A stretch of 32,920 nt of DNA from contig CAYIGD010000003.1 in the NCBI GenBank assembly GCA_964362865.1, positions 7,926 through 40,845 of the forward strand, given 5' to 3'. Below the pieces are notes generated by a model. That model searched no databases. It was given only the letters and a program-made list of their open reading frames with translations, and was not told where the DNA came from. The stretch is from an uncultured Candidatus Saccharibacteria bacterium (GTDB lineage Bacteria > Patescibacteriota > UBA1384 > JAGVHQ01). The position numbers and the translations under genes are program-made. Each line of letters starts with the position of its first letter. Within the stretch, counting starts at the first letter, position 1. Of this stretch, positions 1 to 8,554 are shown piece by piece.

Positions 1-830
1 ATTGATGAGTAGGTCCCGATGATAATTCCGAAAAGCAGCGTAAAGACAAATCCATGGGTGCTTGCGCCGCCAAAAATGTAGAGTGCCGATAGTACAAGCA
101 CGACCGTCAGTGAAGTTCCGAGCGAGCGCGCGAAAGTTTGTACGACGCTAAAGTTTGCAACCACATCGAACGATTTAGAGGGATGCAAGCGCAGGTTCTC
201 CCGAATACGGTCAAAGATTACGATTGTGTCGTGCACTGAAAATCCCATCACGGTAAGAAGCGCCGTGATAAACAAGCTGTCAATTTCGTAACCGGTAAAA
301 TGCGCAACAATCGCAAATACCCCCACGGTTGTTAAAAGATCATGCAATAGCGCAATAATCGCGACAAATCCAAAGCGCCAAGAAGAAGCAGGATGCGGGA
401 CGCGCCGAAAGGCCCACGCGATAAATACAATAATCCCAATCGAAGCGAGCCCAATGGCCCACAATGCTTTGGTAGTTAAATCGCGGCTTACGGTTGGACC
501 GACCGTCTGAAAACTGATTTCGGTGTACTCCCCTATTCCACCACGTAGCTGTTCCTGTAATTGCCCTTTTCTCTCCTGTTCTAAAGGAGGGATTCGGATC
601 TGTGCTCTTCTCTGTCCTGCTGGGGTGACGATCGCTTTATAGCCGTTTTTCTCGAGGGTTTCTCTGATTGTTGCAGATGATGTTTCATTTTTTGTTTCAA
701 TTTCGATAAGGGTTCCGCCTCGAAAATCGATTCCGATCGGTAAGCCCCATGTCACGATCGCTGCAATTCCCGGGATCAGCAAACAAATGGATAAGATGTA
801 CCACCATAAACGGTGTCCAATGATATTCAT
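1..830 (-). CDS. secF: Protein translocase subunit SecF (3' end runs off the window)
   Basis: The minus-strand ATG at 830..828 overlaps the secD stop as ATGA. My translation reads MNIIGHRLWWYILSICLLIPGIAAIVTWGLPIGIDFRGGTL...AIIALLHDLLTTVGVFAI...DTIVIFDRIRENL, a typical SecF. The position directly after secD also fits. Confidence 0.85.
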   Translation of the reverse strand, partial: MNIIGHRLWWYILSICLLIPGIAAIVTWGLPIGIDFRGGTLIEIETKNETSSATIRETLEKNGYKAIVTPAGQRRAQIRIPPLEQERKGQLQEQLRGGIGEYTEISFQTVGPTVSRDLTTKALWAIGLASIGIIVFIAWAFRRVPHPASSWRFGFVAIIALLHDLLTTVGVFAIVAHFTGYEIDSLFITALLTVMGFSVHDTIVIFDRIRENLRLHPSKSFDVVANFSVVQTFARSLGTSLTVVLVLSALYIFGGASTHGFVFTLLFGIIIGTYSS

Positions 831-2113
831 TGTGCCTTCCGTGTGCCAAAGGCTGCCAACAAGGTGCGTGTTACTATGACAGCCGTGAACATTGAAACAA
901 GGATTCCGATCGAAAGCGTCACCGCAAATCCGCGTACAACTCCGCTCCCGAGCCAAATCAGGATCACTGCCGTTAGCAATGAAGAGAGGTTTGAATCGCG
1001 CACGGAAAGCCAGGCGCGACGAAACCCTTCTTCGAGAACAGACGCGGGAGTTTTACCGGTCCGCTCTTCTTCTTTCATTCGTTCAAAAATGAGGATGTTC
1101 GCGTCAATGGCCATTCCGACCGAAAGAATGAAACCCGCAATCCCCGCCAAAGTGAGAGTGACGGGTATTAACTTGAACAACGCGAGCACGATCGCGGTGT
1201 AGATTGCAAGGGCAATCAGGGCGAATAGGCCGCGTGTGCGGTACTGGGCGAGCATGAAGATGCTGACTGCAAGCAAGCCGATAATGCCGGCTACCAATGA
1301 GCGTCGGATTGATTCTTCCCCAAGTGTTGGTCCGATTGTGCGCTCACTGACCAGCGCAACCGGCACTGGTAAAGCCCCCGCGTTTAAGAGGCGCGCAAGC
1401 TCTTTGGCTTCGTCCAGCGTAAACGTACCAGTAATGACTGCTTGCCCGCCGCTGATTTCACCCTGTACAACCGGTGCCGTTAGGATTTGGTTATCAAGTA
1501 CGACCGCAATGGTTTTACCCACGTTTTCGCGGGTCAATTTTTGGAAGAGCTCGGCTCCTTTTGCGTTGAACTGGAGTGAAACAACCGGCGCGGTTCCCGC
1601 GCTTTGCTGGCCGGTTGGATCTTGGAACGTGACATCCGCCGCGGAGAGAAACGCACCCGTGAGCTCCGTGGGCATGTAATTACCCAGCGGATCACCATTG
1701 CCGAACGTAGCATTCGTTCCTTCAGCATAGAACGTTAGTTGTGCCGTTCTACCAATCAGATTCGTGGCTTGTTGGACGTCCTGCACCCCCGGTAATTCCA
1801 CGAGCACGCTATCCTTACCTTCTATGGTACTTGTTTGGATGATCGGTTCGGTTACCCCAAGCGCGTTAATTCGGCGGTCAATGACGTCAACTAAGCTTGA
1901 AAGCGCTTTCGCACGATTTTCAGCGGCGACCGTCGACATGTCCGCTTGATATGTGAGTTGTGTCCCCCCTTTAAGGTCAAGCCCTTGTTTTATTTGCAAT
2001 GCCCGATAATACTTGCCGATTTTGAGGTCTGGTCCATTTGGAATTACAATTAATGTCGCCAAGATGGTGATGACCGCAATCATGATTAATCTGATCCAAA
2101 TTTGTTTATGCAT
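827..2113 (-). CDS. secD: Protein translocase subunit SecD
   Basis: 428-aa ORF with an N-terminal TM segment, the motif LDLKGG, a periplasmic domain, and C-terminal multi-TM region (AIDANILIFERMKEE). It is followed by secF with a 4-nt overlap. Confidence 0.9.
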   Translation of the reverse strand: MHKQIWIRLIMIAVITILATLIVIPNGPDLKIGKYYRALQIKQGLDLKGGTQLTYQADMSTVAAENRAKALSSLVDVIDRRINALGVTEPIIQTSTIEGKDSVLVELPGVQDVQQATNLIGRTAQLTFYAEGTNATFGNGDPLGNYMPTELTGAFLSAADVTFQDPTGQQSAGTAPVVSLQFNAKGAELFQKLTRENVGKTIAVVLDNQILTAPVVQGEISGGQAVITGTFTLDEAKELARLLNAGALPVPVALVSERTIGPTLGEESIRRSLVAGIIGLLAVSIFMLAQYRTRGLFALIALAIYTAIVLALFKLIPVTLTLAGIAGFILSVGMAIDANILIFERMKEEERTGKTPASVLEEGFRRAWLSVRDSNLSSLLTAVILIWLGSGVVRGFAVTLSIGILVSMFTAVIVTRTLLAAFGTRKAQ

Positions 2114-2136
2114 ACGTCAAATTATTATGTCGCACA

Positions 2137-3210
2137 TTATAGGTATATCTCTTTTCCTTGTTTCTTCAGTTCGTCCAGAATTTTTTTGACATCCTGGGCG
2201 CGGTTTTTATTCAGCACCAGCGTCACATCCGGCGTGCTTACAATAATCATATCTTCCAGTCCTACTGTAGCAACCAGATGGCGTTTCGAATAGACAAGAA
2301 TATTTTTATCATCCACACCGATATGCTCCCCGTATTTAACAATGTGATGTCCGCTGCGCTGGGCAAGTACATCGTGCAGCGTTGACCATGAACCGATATC
2401 ATCCCACCCCAATTGAGCCGGGATAACGAGAATATCTTTTTCTTTTTCGTTAATCGCTGTATCCACTGGTTCGCCTTCAAGAGCACTATATTTTTTGATA
2501 AAGGTTTCTTTCTGCGTTTTATCAGTAGCACTCGTGACGGCTTCGAAAATTTTAGGTTGATGTTGCTTGTAGAGCTTGAGCATGTGGTCAGCGCGAAAGA
2601 GTAGATAATTGGCATTCCATAAAAAACGCATTGATTTTACATACTTACTCGCGGTCTTTTGATCTGGTTTTTCGTGGAATTGGACGACTTTAAAAGCACT
2701 GAATGATTCGTGCTGATCGTATTTCTCTCCCATTTCGATGTATCCTAATCCAGTATTAGCCCCAGTAGGGGTTAAACCGATAGTCATAAAATAATCCGGG
2801 TGGCGGGTAATAATTTTAGCCCCTGCCGCAAGGGAGTTTAGAAATTCATCCGTATTTTCTACTAAATGGTCAGATGCAAGGGTGGCCACAATCGCATGGG
2901 GAGAACGCTCATAAATAGTTTTTGCAATTAACGCAATCGCCGGTGCAGTGTTGCGCGCCGCCGGTTCAACAATAAAGTTTTCTTTAGGGATCTGGGGCAG
3001 TTGCGCTTGAGTTTTTTCAAGATGCGCGGGGCTCAGACATACATATATGTCCCCTGCTTTATACTGCTTGCGAAGCCGCGCATACGTTTCCTGCAAAAGA
3101 CTTTTTTTACTGATAAGAGCGGATAGCTGCTTTGGGAAATTTCGACGTGAAAGCGGCCACAACCGTGTTCCGGATCCCCCGGCGAGGATCACGGGAATGA
3201 GCTCCGACAT
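2137..3210 (-). CDS. Mannose-1-phosphate guanylyltransferase-like sugar nucleotidyltransferase
   Basis: The N-terminus VILAGGSGTRLWPLSRRNFPKQL is the NTP-transferase signature of ManC/CpsB-type enzymes. At 357 aa it has no PMI/cupin extension. Confidence 0.75.
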   Translation of the reverse strand: MSELIPVILAGGSGTRLWPLSRRNFPKQLSALISKKSLLQETYARLRKQYKAGDIYVCLSPAHLEKTQAQLPQIPKENFIVEPAARNTAPAIALIAKTIYERSPHAIVATLASDHLVENTDEFLNSLAAGAKIITRHPDYFMTIGLTPTGANTGLGYIEMGEKYDQHESFSAFKVVQFHEKPDQKTASKYVKSMRFLWNANYLLFRADHMLKLYKQHQPKIFEAVTSATDKTQKETFIKKYSALEGEPVDTAINEKEKDILVIPAQLGWDDIGSWSTLHDVLAQRSGHHIVKYGEHIGVDDKNILVYSKRHLVATVGLEDMIIVSTPDVTLVLNKNRAQDVKKILDELKKQGKEIYL

Positions 3211-3795
3211 TTACACGTGCTCCGCGATGGCTTTCTCGGCGAGTTCAACCGTTGCGTCAAATTGCCCGTCAGAATTTTTAATCACTACGTCAAACTTACC
3301 CTTATGAGCAGATTCTTCTTTTGCCGTTTCAGAGCGGACATCCACCTCTTTATCCGAAAGTTTCCGTCGTTTTGGGTCGTTGGCAAAACGCTTAGCAATT
3401 GCCTCGCGTAAAGTAGTCGCCGGATCAAAGGTTAAAAAGATTGTGAGCGGATTGAACTGGTGAAATTGAGCTTTGATTTTAAGCGCGCCTTTGTAGTCAA
3501 TATTTAGCAAGACATTTTTGCCGGCAGCAAGCGGCTCTTCGACCGAGCGTTTCAGTGTGCCGTAGCGCCAGGTATGAACATGTTCCCATTCCAGCAATGC
3601 ATTATTCTTCACGAGCTCGTCGAAATCCTCATCAGTCACGAAGTAGTAGCGCTTGCGGGTATTCTCTGCCCGCCGTTTCGGGCGCGTTGTGACGGATGAG
3701 GCCACTACCCAATCAGGGTGATGTGCCAGCAGCGCCTCAATTACGGCGTCTTTGCCGATTCCTGTGGGTCCTGAGATAGTAACCAGCCGTGCCAT
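3211..3795 (-). CDS. gmk: Guanylate kinase
   Basis: P-loop GPTGIGKD, then SVTTRPKRRAENTRKRYYFVTDEDFDELVKNNALLEWEHVHTWRYGT, which matches the guanylate kinase core (TTR..R..E..G..Y.F....F...I..g..lE.a.v.gn.YGT). Confidence 0.8.
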   Translation of the reverse strand: MARLVTISGPTGIGKDAVIEALLAHHPDWVVASSVTTRPKRRAENTRKRYYFVTDEDFDELVKNNALLEWEHVHTWRYGTLKRSVEEPLAAGKNVLLNIDYKGALKIKAQFHQFNPLTIFLTFDPATTLREAIAKRFANDPKRRKLSDKEVDVRSETAKEESAHKGKFDVVIKNSDGQFDATVELAEKAIAEHV

Positions 3796-3806
3796 GATTA
3801 TTTTTA

Positions 3807-4562
3807 TTATACTCTATTGCCTGTTTTATTTGCTAGACGTAATCGAGCAAGAGCTGCCGTAAAATCTGGTGGCAGCGGCGCAACAAGCGTAAGGTGCTCC
3901 CCAGTTATGGGGTGTGCGAGCGTTAGGGAACGGGCATGTAACATCTGGCGCGTTATTGCTAGTTTTTTGGTAAGCGCACGCTCAGGTTTGGTCGTATACA
4001 GCAGATCTCCCAGTACGGGATGTCCGATCGCATGCATATGAACTCGAATCTGGTGTGTGCGCCCAGTTAAAATGACAACGTTTACATAGCTTGCCGGCAG
4101 CCTGGGAAAGGTTTCGAGGGTACTGTAGTGCGTATGGGCAGTTTTAACATTTTTCTCCCATGGTAATGCTAGCCCGCTTACGCGCCGCTTTACCCCTGCC
4201 TTTTGATCGAGCGCAATTGCAAGCTTAATCTCTCCCTCTGTGGCGACACCATAGACAAGCGCCTCGTATTTTTTTGAAATTATCCGCTGTCCAAAGGCTG
4301 CTTTCAACGCTGAGTATGTCTGGGGATCGCGGGCAATCAGTAAAACGCCGGAGGTATCTCGGTCCAGACGGTGCACAATTCCTTCGCGCCCTTTTGCTTC
4401 AGTTGGCCAAGTATGGCCTCTTATGTCCGGGTAGCGTGCCAGCATCAAAGAGCTCACGCTTGTTCCCTCGTGAGTGTGGGCTGGATGAGTAATCAGTCCG
4501 GCTCGCTTGCTGATCGCAATCAGGTATTGATCTTCAAAAAGGACGGGTATTGTTTCGTTCAT
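3807..4562 (-). CDS. RluA-family pseudouridine synthase (no S4 domain)
   Basis: Catalytic motif HRLDRDTSGVLLIA and C-terminal GRTHQIRVHM. Overlaps the upstream gene by 4 nt. Confidence 0.85.
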   Translation of the reverse strand: MNETIPVLFEDQYLIAISKRAGLITHPAHTHEGTSVSSLMLARYPDIRGHTWPTEAKGREGIVHRLDRDTSGVLLIARDPQTYSALKAAFGQRIISKKYEALVYGVATEGEIKLAIALDQKAGVKRRVSGLALPWEKNVKTAHTHYSTLETFPRLPASYVNVVILTGRTHQIRVHMHAIGHPVLGDLLYTTKPERALTKKLAITRQMLHARSLTLAHPITGEHLTLVAPLPPDFTAALARLRLANKTGNRV

Positions 4563-5365
4563 GGCAGGATCGCGGAAAAATTGGTCGTATTGTTAACCCT
4601 CACTCGTGGTAGTTCGTACGGGTTGACCGTGTAGGAGGCGACCCCTGCTTTAGTTGTGACGGCGGTCTCATACCCGGCGCTTTTTACCAATGCGGGCGTT
4701 TCTGCTGTATAGCGCCCTGAAGGGTAACAAAAGTGCCGTACGATTTTTCCGAGTTCCTTCTCGATTGTTTTTTTGCTTTCAACTAATTCAGTTAGTTGGT
4801 CTTTCTGAGAAAGTATGGTTAAGTCGCGGTGGCTTGGCCCATGGCTTTCAATCTGCATTCCCGCCGCTTGCATCTGCCGGATTTGGTCCCACGTGAGCGA
4901 GCCGCTCTTTCCGACCGCGTTGGTCACAATGTAAAAAGTGCCGGTCATAGCGCGCGCTGCCAATGCCTGAAAGGCCTCGGTGTAGTGATCAGCATACCCA
5001 TCGTCAAACGTGAGGATCACGGATTTTTCTTTGAGGCGGTGTTCAACAAAGTCGTTGAGGGTTGCGCTCGTATATCCGTGTTCGATCAGATAGTCGAGTT
5101 GCCGTGCGAAGGTTTGGGGAGCAACTGACAGATTTATTCCAATCTGATCTTCTGGATCGTTGTAGGCGCGGATGTAGTGATACATCAAAACCGGCACTGA
5201 GCTGATCGTACTTGTGGGTTCGGGTGTTGCGCTCGGTTGGTTAACAGGGGTGGTCGGGGGTGAAATTTCGGAAGCTCGGGGCTTGGAAGACCATCCTTGT
5301 GCAATCAGATACATACCAAAACCGATCAATCCGAGCACAATCAAAATTCGAACAATACGTACCAT
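4559..5365 (-). CDS. Membrane-anchored polysaccharide deacetylase (NodB homology domain)
   Basis: N-terminal TM (IVLGLIGFGMYLI), then LTFDDGYADHY and ESHGPSHRDL motifs typical of CE4 deacetylases. Confidence 0.8.
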   Translation of the reverse strand: MVRIVRILIVLGLIGFGMYLIAQGWSSKPRASEISPPTTPVNQPSATPEPTSTISSVPVLMYHYIRAYNDPEDQIGINLSVAPQTFARQLDYLIEHGYTSATLNDFVEHRLKEKSVILTFDDGYADHYTEAFQALAARAMTGTFYIVTNAVGKSGSLTWDQIRQMQAAGMQIESHGPSHRDLTILSQKDQLTELVESKKTIEKELGKIVRHFCYPSGRYTAETPALVKSAGYETAVTTKAGVASYTVNPYELPRVRVNNTTNFSAILP

Positions 5366-5371
5366 CTTTAA

Positions 5372-7198
5372 TTAATTTTTTAATTCTAGAATAGTCCTGA
5401 TGATAGCAGTTTTTGAGATTGCTTCATAGTCTAAGAGCTCGCTTTTGGCGCCTGAGCGTGGGCGGCGGATTACGGCAAGGCAATAGACCGGAATGCGCAT
5501 TTTTGCAAGCGCGCTGGTGACTGCTTCCCCCAACCCCCCGGCCGCGTAATGGTCTTCAACCGTTATCATCGCGCGCGTCTCGCGCGCTGCATTGAAAAGC
5601 GTCCGCTCATCGAGCGGCTTGATACTATAGGCGTCGATGACGCGTACGAAGATCCCCTGTTTTTTGAGTTCGTCGGCTGCTTCCAGCGCTTCAAAGAGCG
5701 TGATGCCCGCTGTCACAATCGTATAACGGTCGTGGTGGCTGCCGCGTACTGTTTTGCTACCCCCGATTGAAAATTCCTCGTCCGCCCCATACAGCGGTGG
5801 TGTTTTCGCACGTGTAGTGCGAAGGTAAACTAGCCCCTTGAACGCGCCTGCCGCTTGTATAAGCGCGACGGTTGCCCGCGCGTCTGCCGGATAGAGCACC
5901 ACACTTGCGAATACGCTGCGGAATAAGCAGATATCCTCCAAGCCCATTTGGGAAGGGCCGTCTTCACCAATGGAGACGCCGCAATGCGAACCGACAAATG
6001 TAACATTTGCCTTGGAATAGGCAGCCATCCGGATTTGATCTGCAGCACGCGTAAAAAATGCGGCAAACGTCGAAACAAACGGCACCTTTCCGCGCTGCGC
6101 CAGTCCAACCGCGGCGCCCACCATATTTTGTTCGGCAATATACATTTCAAAAAAACGATCGGGGTATTCTTGCTTAAATGTTTGAGCATATGTAGAGTTG
6201 CTGACCTCTGCATCCAGAACGACGAGATTGGCTTGCGTGCGTGCGAGCGCGACCAGCGCCACTCCATACGCCTCGCGTGTGGCAGCAGCTTGATCAAAAT
6301 CAAACTGGATCCGCTTTGTTCCCCGTTTTTCAAACTGTGGTTCGTCCTGTGGGGGCGGGGCAAAGGCGGCGCGCACACTTCGCTCCAGTGGCTCTAGCCC
6401 TTTGAGGGCGCGTTCAAAATCATGCGGGTCAAGCGCTTTACCGTGCCAGCCATCCTTATCTTCTAAGAATGAGACACCCTTACCCTTGACGGTTTTAGCG
6501 ATAATCATGAGCGGTTTTTCTTTTGCCACCCCGATTTTTGCGTACGCGCGCGCGATCTCTTCCTCGCTATGGCCGTTCACTTGAATTGTTTCCCACCCGA
6601 ACGCGCGTATACGAGTGGCATACGCATCTGGGCTGTGGCCATACATTGTTTCCCCTCGCTGACCGAGACGATTCACGTCAATAATCCCAATTAAATTGTC
6701 GAGGCGATAATGGCTGGCGAGTTGAATTGCTTCCCAGATTGAACCCTCACTCATCTCACTGTCGCCCAAAAGCACAAAGGTGTGGTACCCGAGTTTGTCA
6801 ATTTTTGCCGCAAGCGCCATTCCAAATCCGATTGAAAGTCCTTGCCCGAGCGAACCGGTGGCCGCTTCGCAAAATTCAAAATTCGGTGTAGGGTGGCCTT
6901 CGAGCGGGCTGCCGAGTACGCGATATGTCGTCAGGTCAGCTTCATTCACTGCTCCGGCAACGGTGTAGAGGGCGTACAACAGCGGCGAAGCATGCCCTTT
7001 AGAAAAAATCAGCCGGTCGTTTGTCCTGAGATTTGGATTGTGTGGGTCATATCGGAAAGTCCCCCCAAAACAGAGCGTTGCCATTAATTCAACGGCTGAA
7101 AGAGATGATGTTGCGTGGCCGGAACCAGCCGCAGTGGTCATTTTTAAAATGTAATAACGCAATAATTTCGAAATTTCGGTAAGAGATGCTTTTTTCAT
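5372..7198 (-). CDS. tkt: Transketolase (N- and C-terminal sections fused, 608 aa)
   Basis: Contains TTAAGSGHATSSLSAVELMATL, the ThDP-binding GDSEMSEGSIWEA, a pyrimidine-binding middle domain and a C-terminal domain. The start overlaps the DUF2130 stop as ATGA (7195-7198). Confidence 0.9.
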   Translation of the reverse strand: MKKASLTEISKLLRYYILKMTTAAGSGHATSSLSAVELMATLCFGGTFRYDPHNPNLRTNDRLIFSKGHASPLLYALYTVAGAVNEADLTTYRVLGSPLEGHPTPNFEFCEAATGSLGQGLSIGFGMALAAKIDKLGYHTFVLLGDSEMSEGSIWEAIQLASHYRLDNLIGIIDVNRLGQRGETMYGHSPDAYATRIRAFGWETIQVNGHSEEEIARAYAKIGVAKEKPLMIIAKTVKGKGVSFLEDKDGWHGKALDPHDFERALKGLEPLERSVRAAFAPPPQDEPQFEKRGTKRIQFDFDQAAATREAYGVALVALARTQANLVVLDAEVSNSTYAQTFKQEYPDRFFEMYIAEQNMVGAAVGLAQRGKVPFVSTFAAFFTRAADQIRMAAYSKANVTFVGSHCGVSIGEDGPSQMGLEDICLFRSVFASVVLYPADARATVALIQAAGAFKGLVYLRTTRAKTPPLYGADEEFSIGGSKTVRGSHHDRYTIVTAGITLFEALEAADELKKQGIFVRVIDAYSIKPLDERTLFNAARETRAMITVEDHYAAGGLGEAVTSALAKMRIPVYCLAVIRRPRSGAKSELLDYEAISKTAIIRTILELKN

Positions 7199-8355
7199 AC
7201 AATTAGTTTTTGTTCGCGGTTGCTCTCTTCGTTTTCGTCGTCGTCAGGGCCCTCCAACTCGAGTGTTTCAATTTCAGGCAGTTTTGCGCCGACGATTCCC
7301 CTTACATCTCCGTACATCCCGATTGTATTATTTTGGGCGCGTTCAATTTGTTTCTCGCGCTCGTTCCATAGTTTTGTCATCGCCCTTTTCTCCCGCTCCA
7401 GTTGGGCGCGCAACCCGATAAACGCCTCCACGATTGCTTCCATTCGCTGCTTGAACTCGGCACCCGTGAGATAACCGAAGATCATCTCCATCTTCGTATG
7501 TTTTCCTTCTTCGAATTGACGTTGGTGATTAAGACTGATAAGCGTAAAGCGTAAAGCACCGGCTACATCTAAATACGTGCTGAAATTCGTTATCCAAACT
7601 CCGTTAAGGCGGCCGAAGGTTTTTATGTTTTTTGGTAGAACGTTAGTTACGAGAATGGCAAGCGTTGCTCGGGAACGATCTCTGTCATCTTTTAATTTTT
7701 GAATCCACCCATCCGACCAATTCTGAGTCCGTTTTACTTCCCAAATAATTGTTCCACATCCTATACCTTCGTCGAATACATTTTGCATGATGTCGGCGCC
7801 GGTAAATCCTTTTTCTACTGGTTTTACTTCATCAAACGGGAAGCGCTCTTTGAGTGTTTTCTCAAAATTAAGCTCGGCGACTTCACCTTGTAATTGCTGC
7901 GAACCTTGCTCGAGTTTACGGCGTAAATCTTCGTTGACCTTTAAGGCGTCCTGGAGCTGTTTTTCTTTTTCCGCGACCTTGAACCGTTGCTCTTCGGACA
8001 ATTGTTTTGATAGTTCTTCGCGCATTTTTGATAGTTCTTCGCGCAACCGAGTTTGCATCTGGAGTTCCCGTTGCTGATCTTTCACACTGAGCGCGCGCAG
8101 GCTGCGGTTGAGCTCGAGCAGTTGTTCACTTTGCTTTTTATTCTGCTCGCGGATCTCGTTGCGTTCTTCTTCAAGATTTTTTACGCGTTGCTCGTTTTCG
8201 CGCGTTGCCTTTTCCAGCGCCTTTTGCACGGAGTCGGTGCGTTCTTTTTCGAAATCGCTTTTTAAAGATTCGGCAATATGTTGCTCAAATTGATGTTTGA
8301 ACGCTTCTGTTAATTTGACTTGTTTCCCGCAATGGGTACAGGTGATTTCATCCAT
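7195..8355 (-). CDS. DUF2130/RmuC-like coiled-coil protein with a C-terminal PD-(D/E)xK-type motif
   Basis: N-terminal CTHCGK, about 200 aa of charged heptad-rich sequence, then GADIMQ...GTIIWEVKRTQNWSDGWIQKLKDD, which fits a D...ExK nuclease-fold signature. The family name is from memory and was not searched. Confidence 0.55.
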   Translation of the reverse strand: MDEITCTHCGKQVKLTEAFKHQFEQHIAESLKSDFEKERTDSVQKALEKATRENEQRVKNLEEERNEIREQNKKQSEQLLELNRSLRALSVKDQQRELQMQTRLREELSKMREELSKQLSEEQRFKVAEKEKQLQDALKVNEDLRRKLEQGSQQLQGEVAELNFEKTLKERFPFDEVKPVEKGFTGADIMQNVFDEGIGCGTIIWEVKRTQNWSDGWIQKLKDDRDRSRATLAILVTNVLPKNIKTFGRLNGVWITNFSTYLDVAGALRFTLISLNHQRQFEEGKHTKMEMIFGYLTGAEFKQRMEAIVEAFIGLRAQLEREKRAMTKLWNEREKQIERAQNNTIGMYGDVRGIVGAKLPEIETLELEGPDDDENEESNREQKLIV

Positions 8356-8480
8356 GGCTTTGTTATTTTACCACCTTATATATGGATAATGTTCACTCGA
8401 GAAACTCGCGCTCGTCGGCATGAAAGTTTTCGGCTCTGCGCCTCTTCGGCGCTTTCGCAGGGAAACTTTACGCCTCCTCT

Positions 8481-8508
8481 TTGTGCGAAATGCAAGCATT
8501 TCGCACAA
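8481..8508. repeat. 28-bp near-perfect palindrome (13-bp arms, 2-nt centre)
   Basis: TTGTGCGAAATGC-aa-GCATTTCGCACAA, read directly. It lies about 50 nt after the helicase stop and about 125 nt before the DUF2130 start, with no U-tract on the gene strand. Confidence 0.8.
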
Positions 8509-8554
8509 TATATCTAGCGGTTCGAGAGGGGATATAATCGACAACTTTCTTATT

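Noticed and set aside
8511-8540. tRNA-like GGTTCGAGAGG (T-loop-like) sequence
   Set aside because: It has no complementary T-stem, acceptor stem or anticodon arm around it. I could fold no tRNA anywhere in the window.
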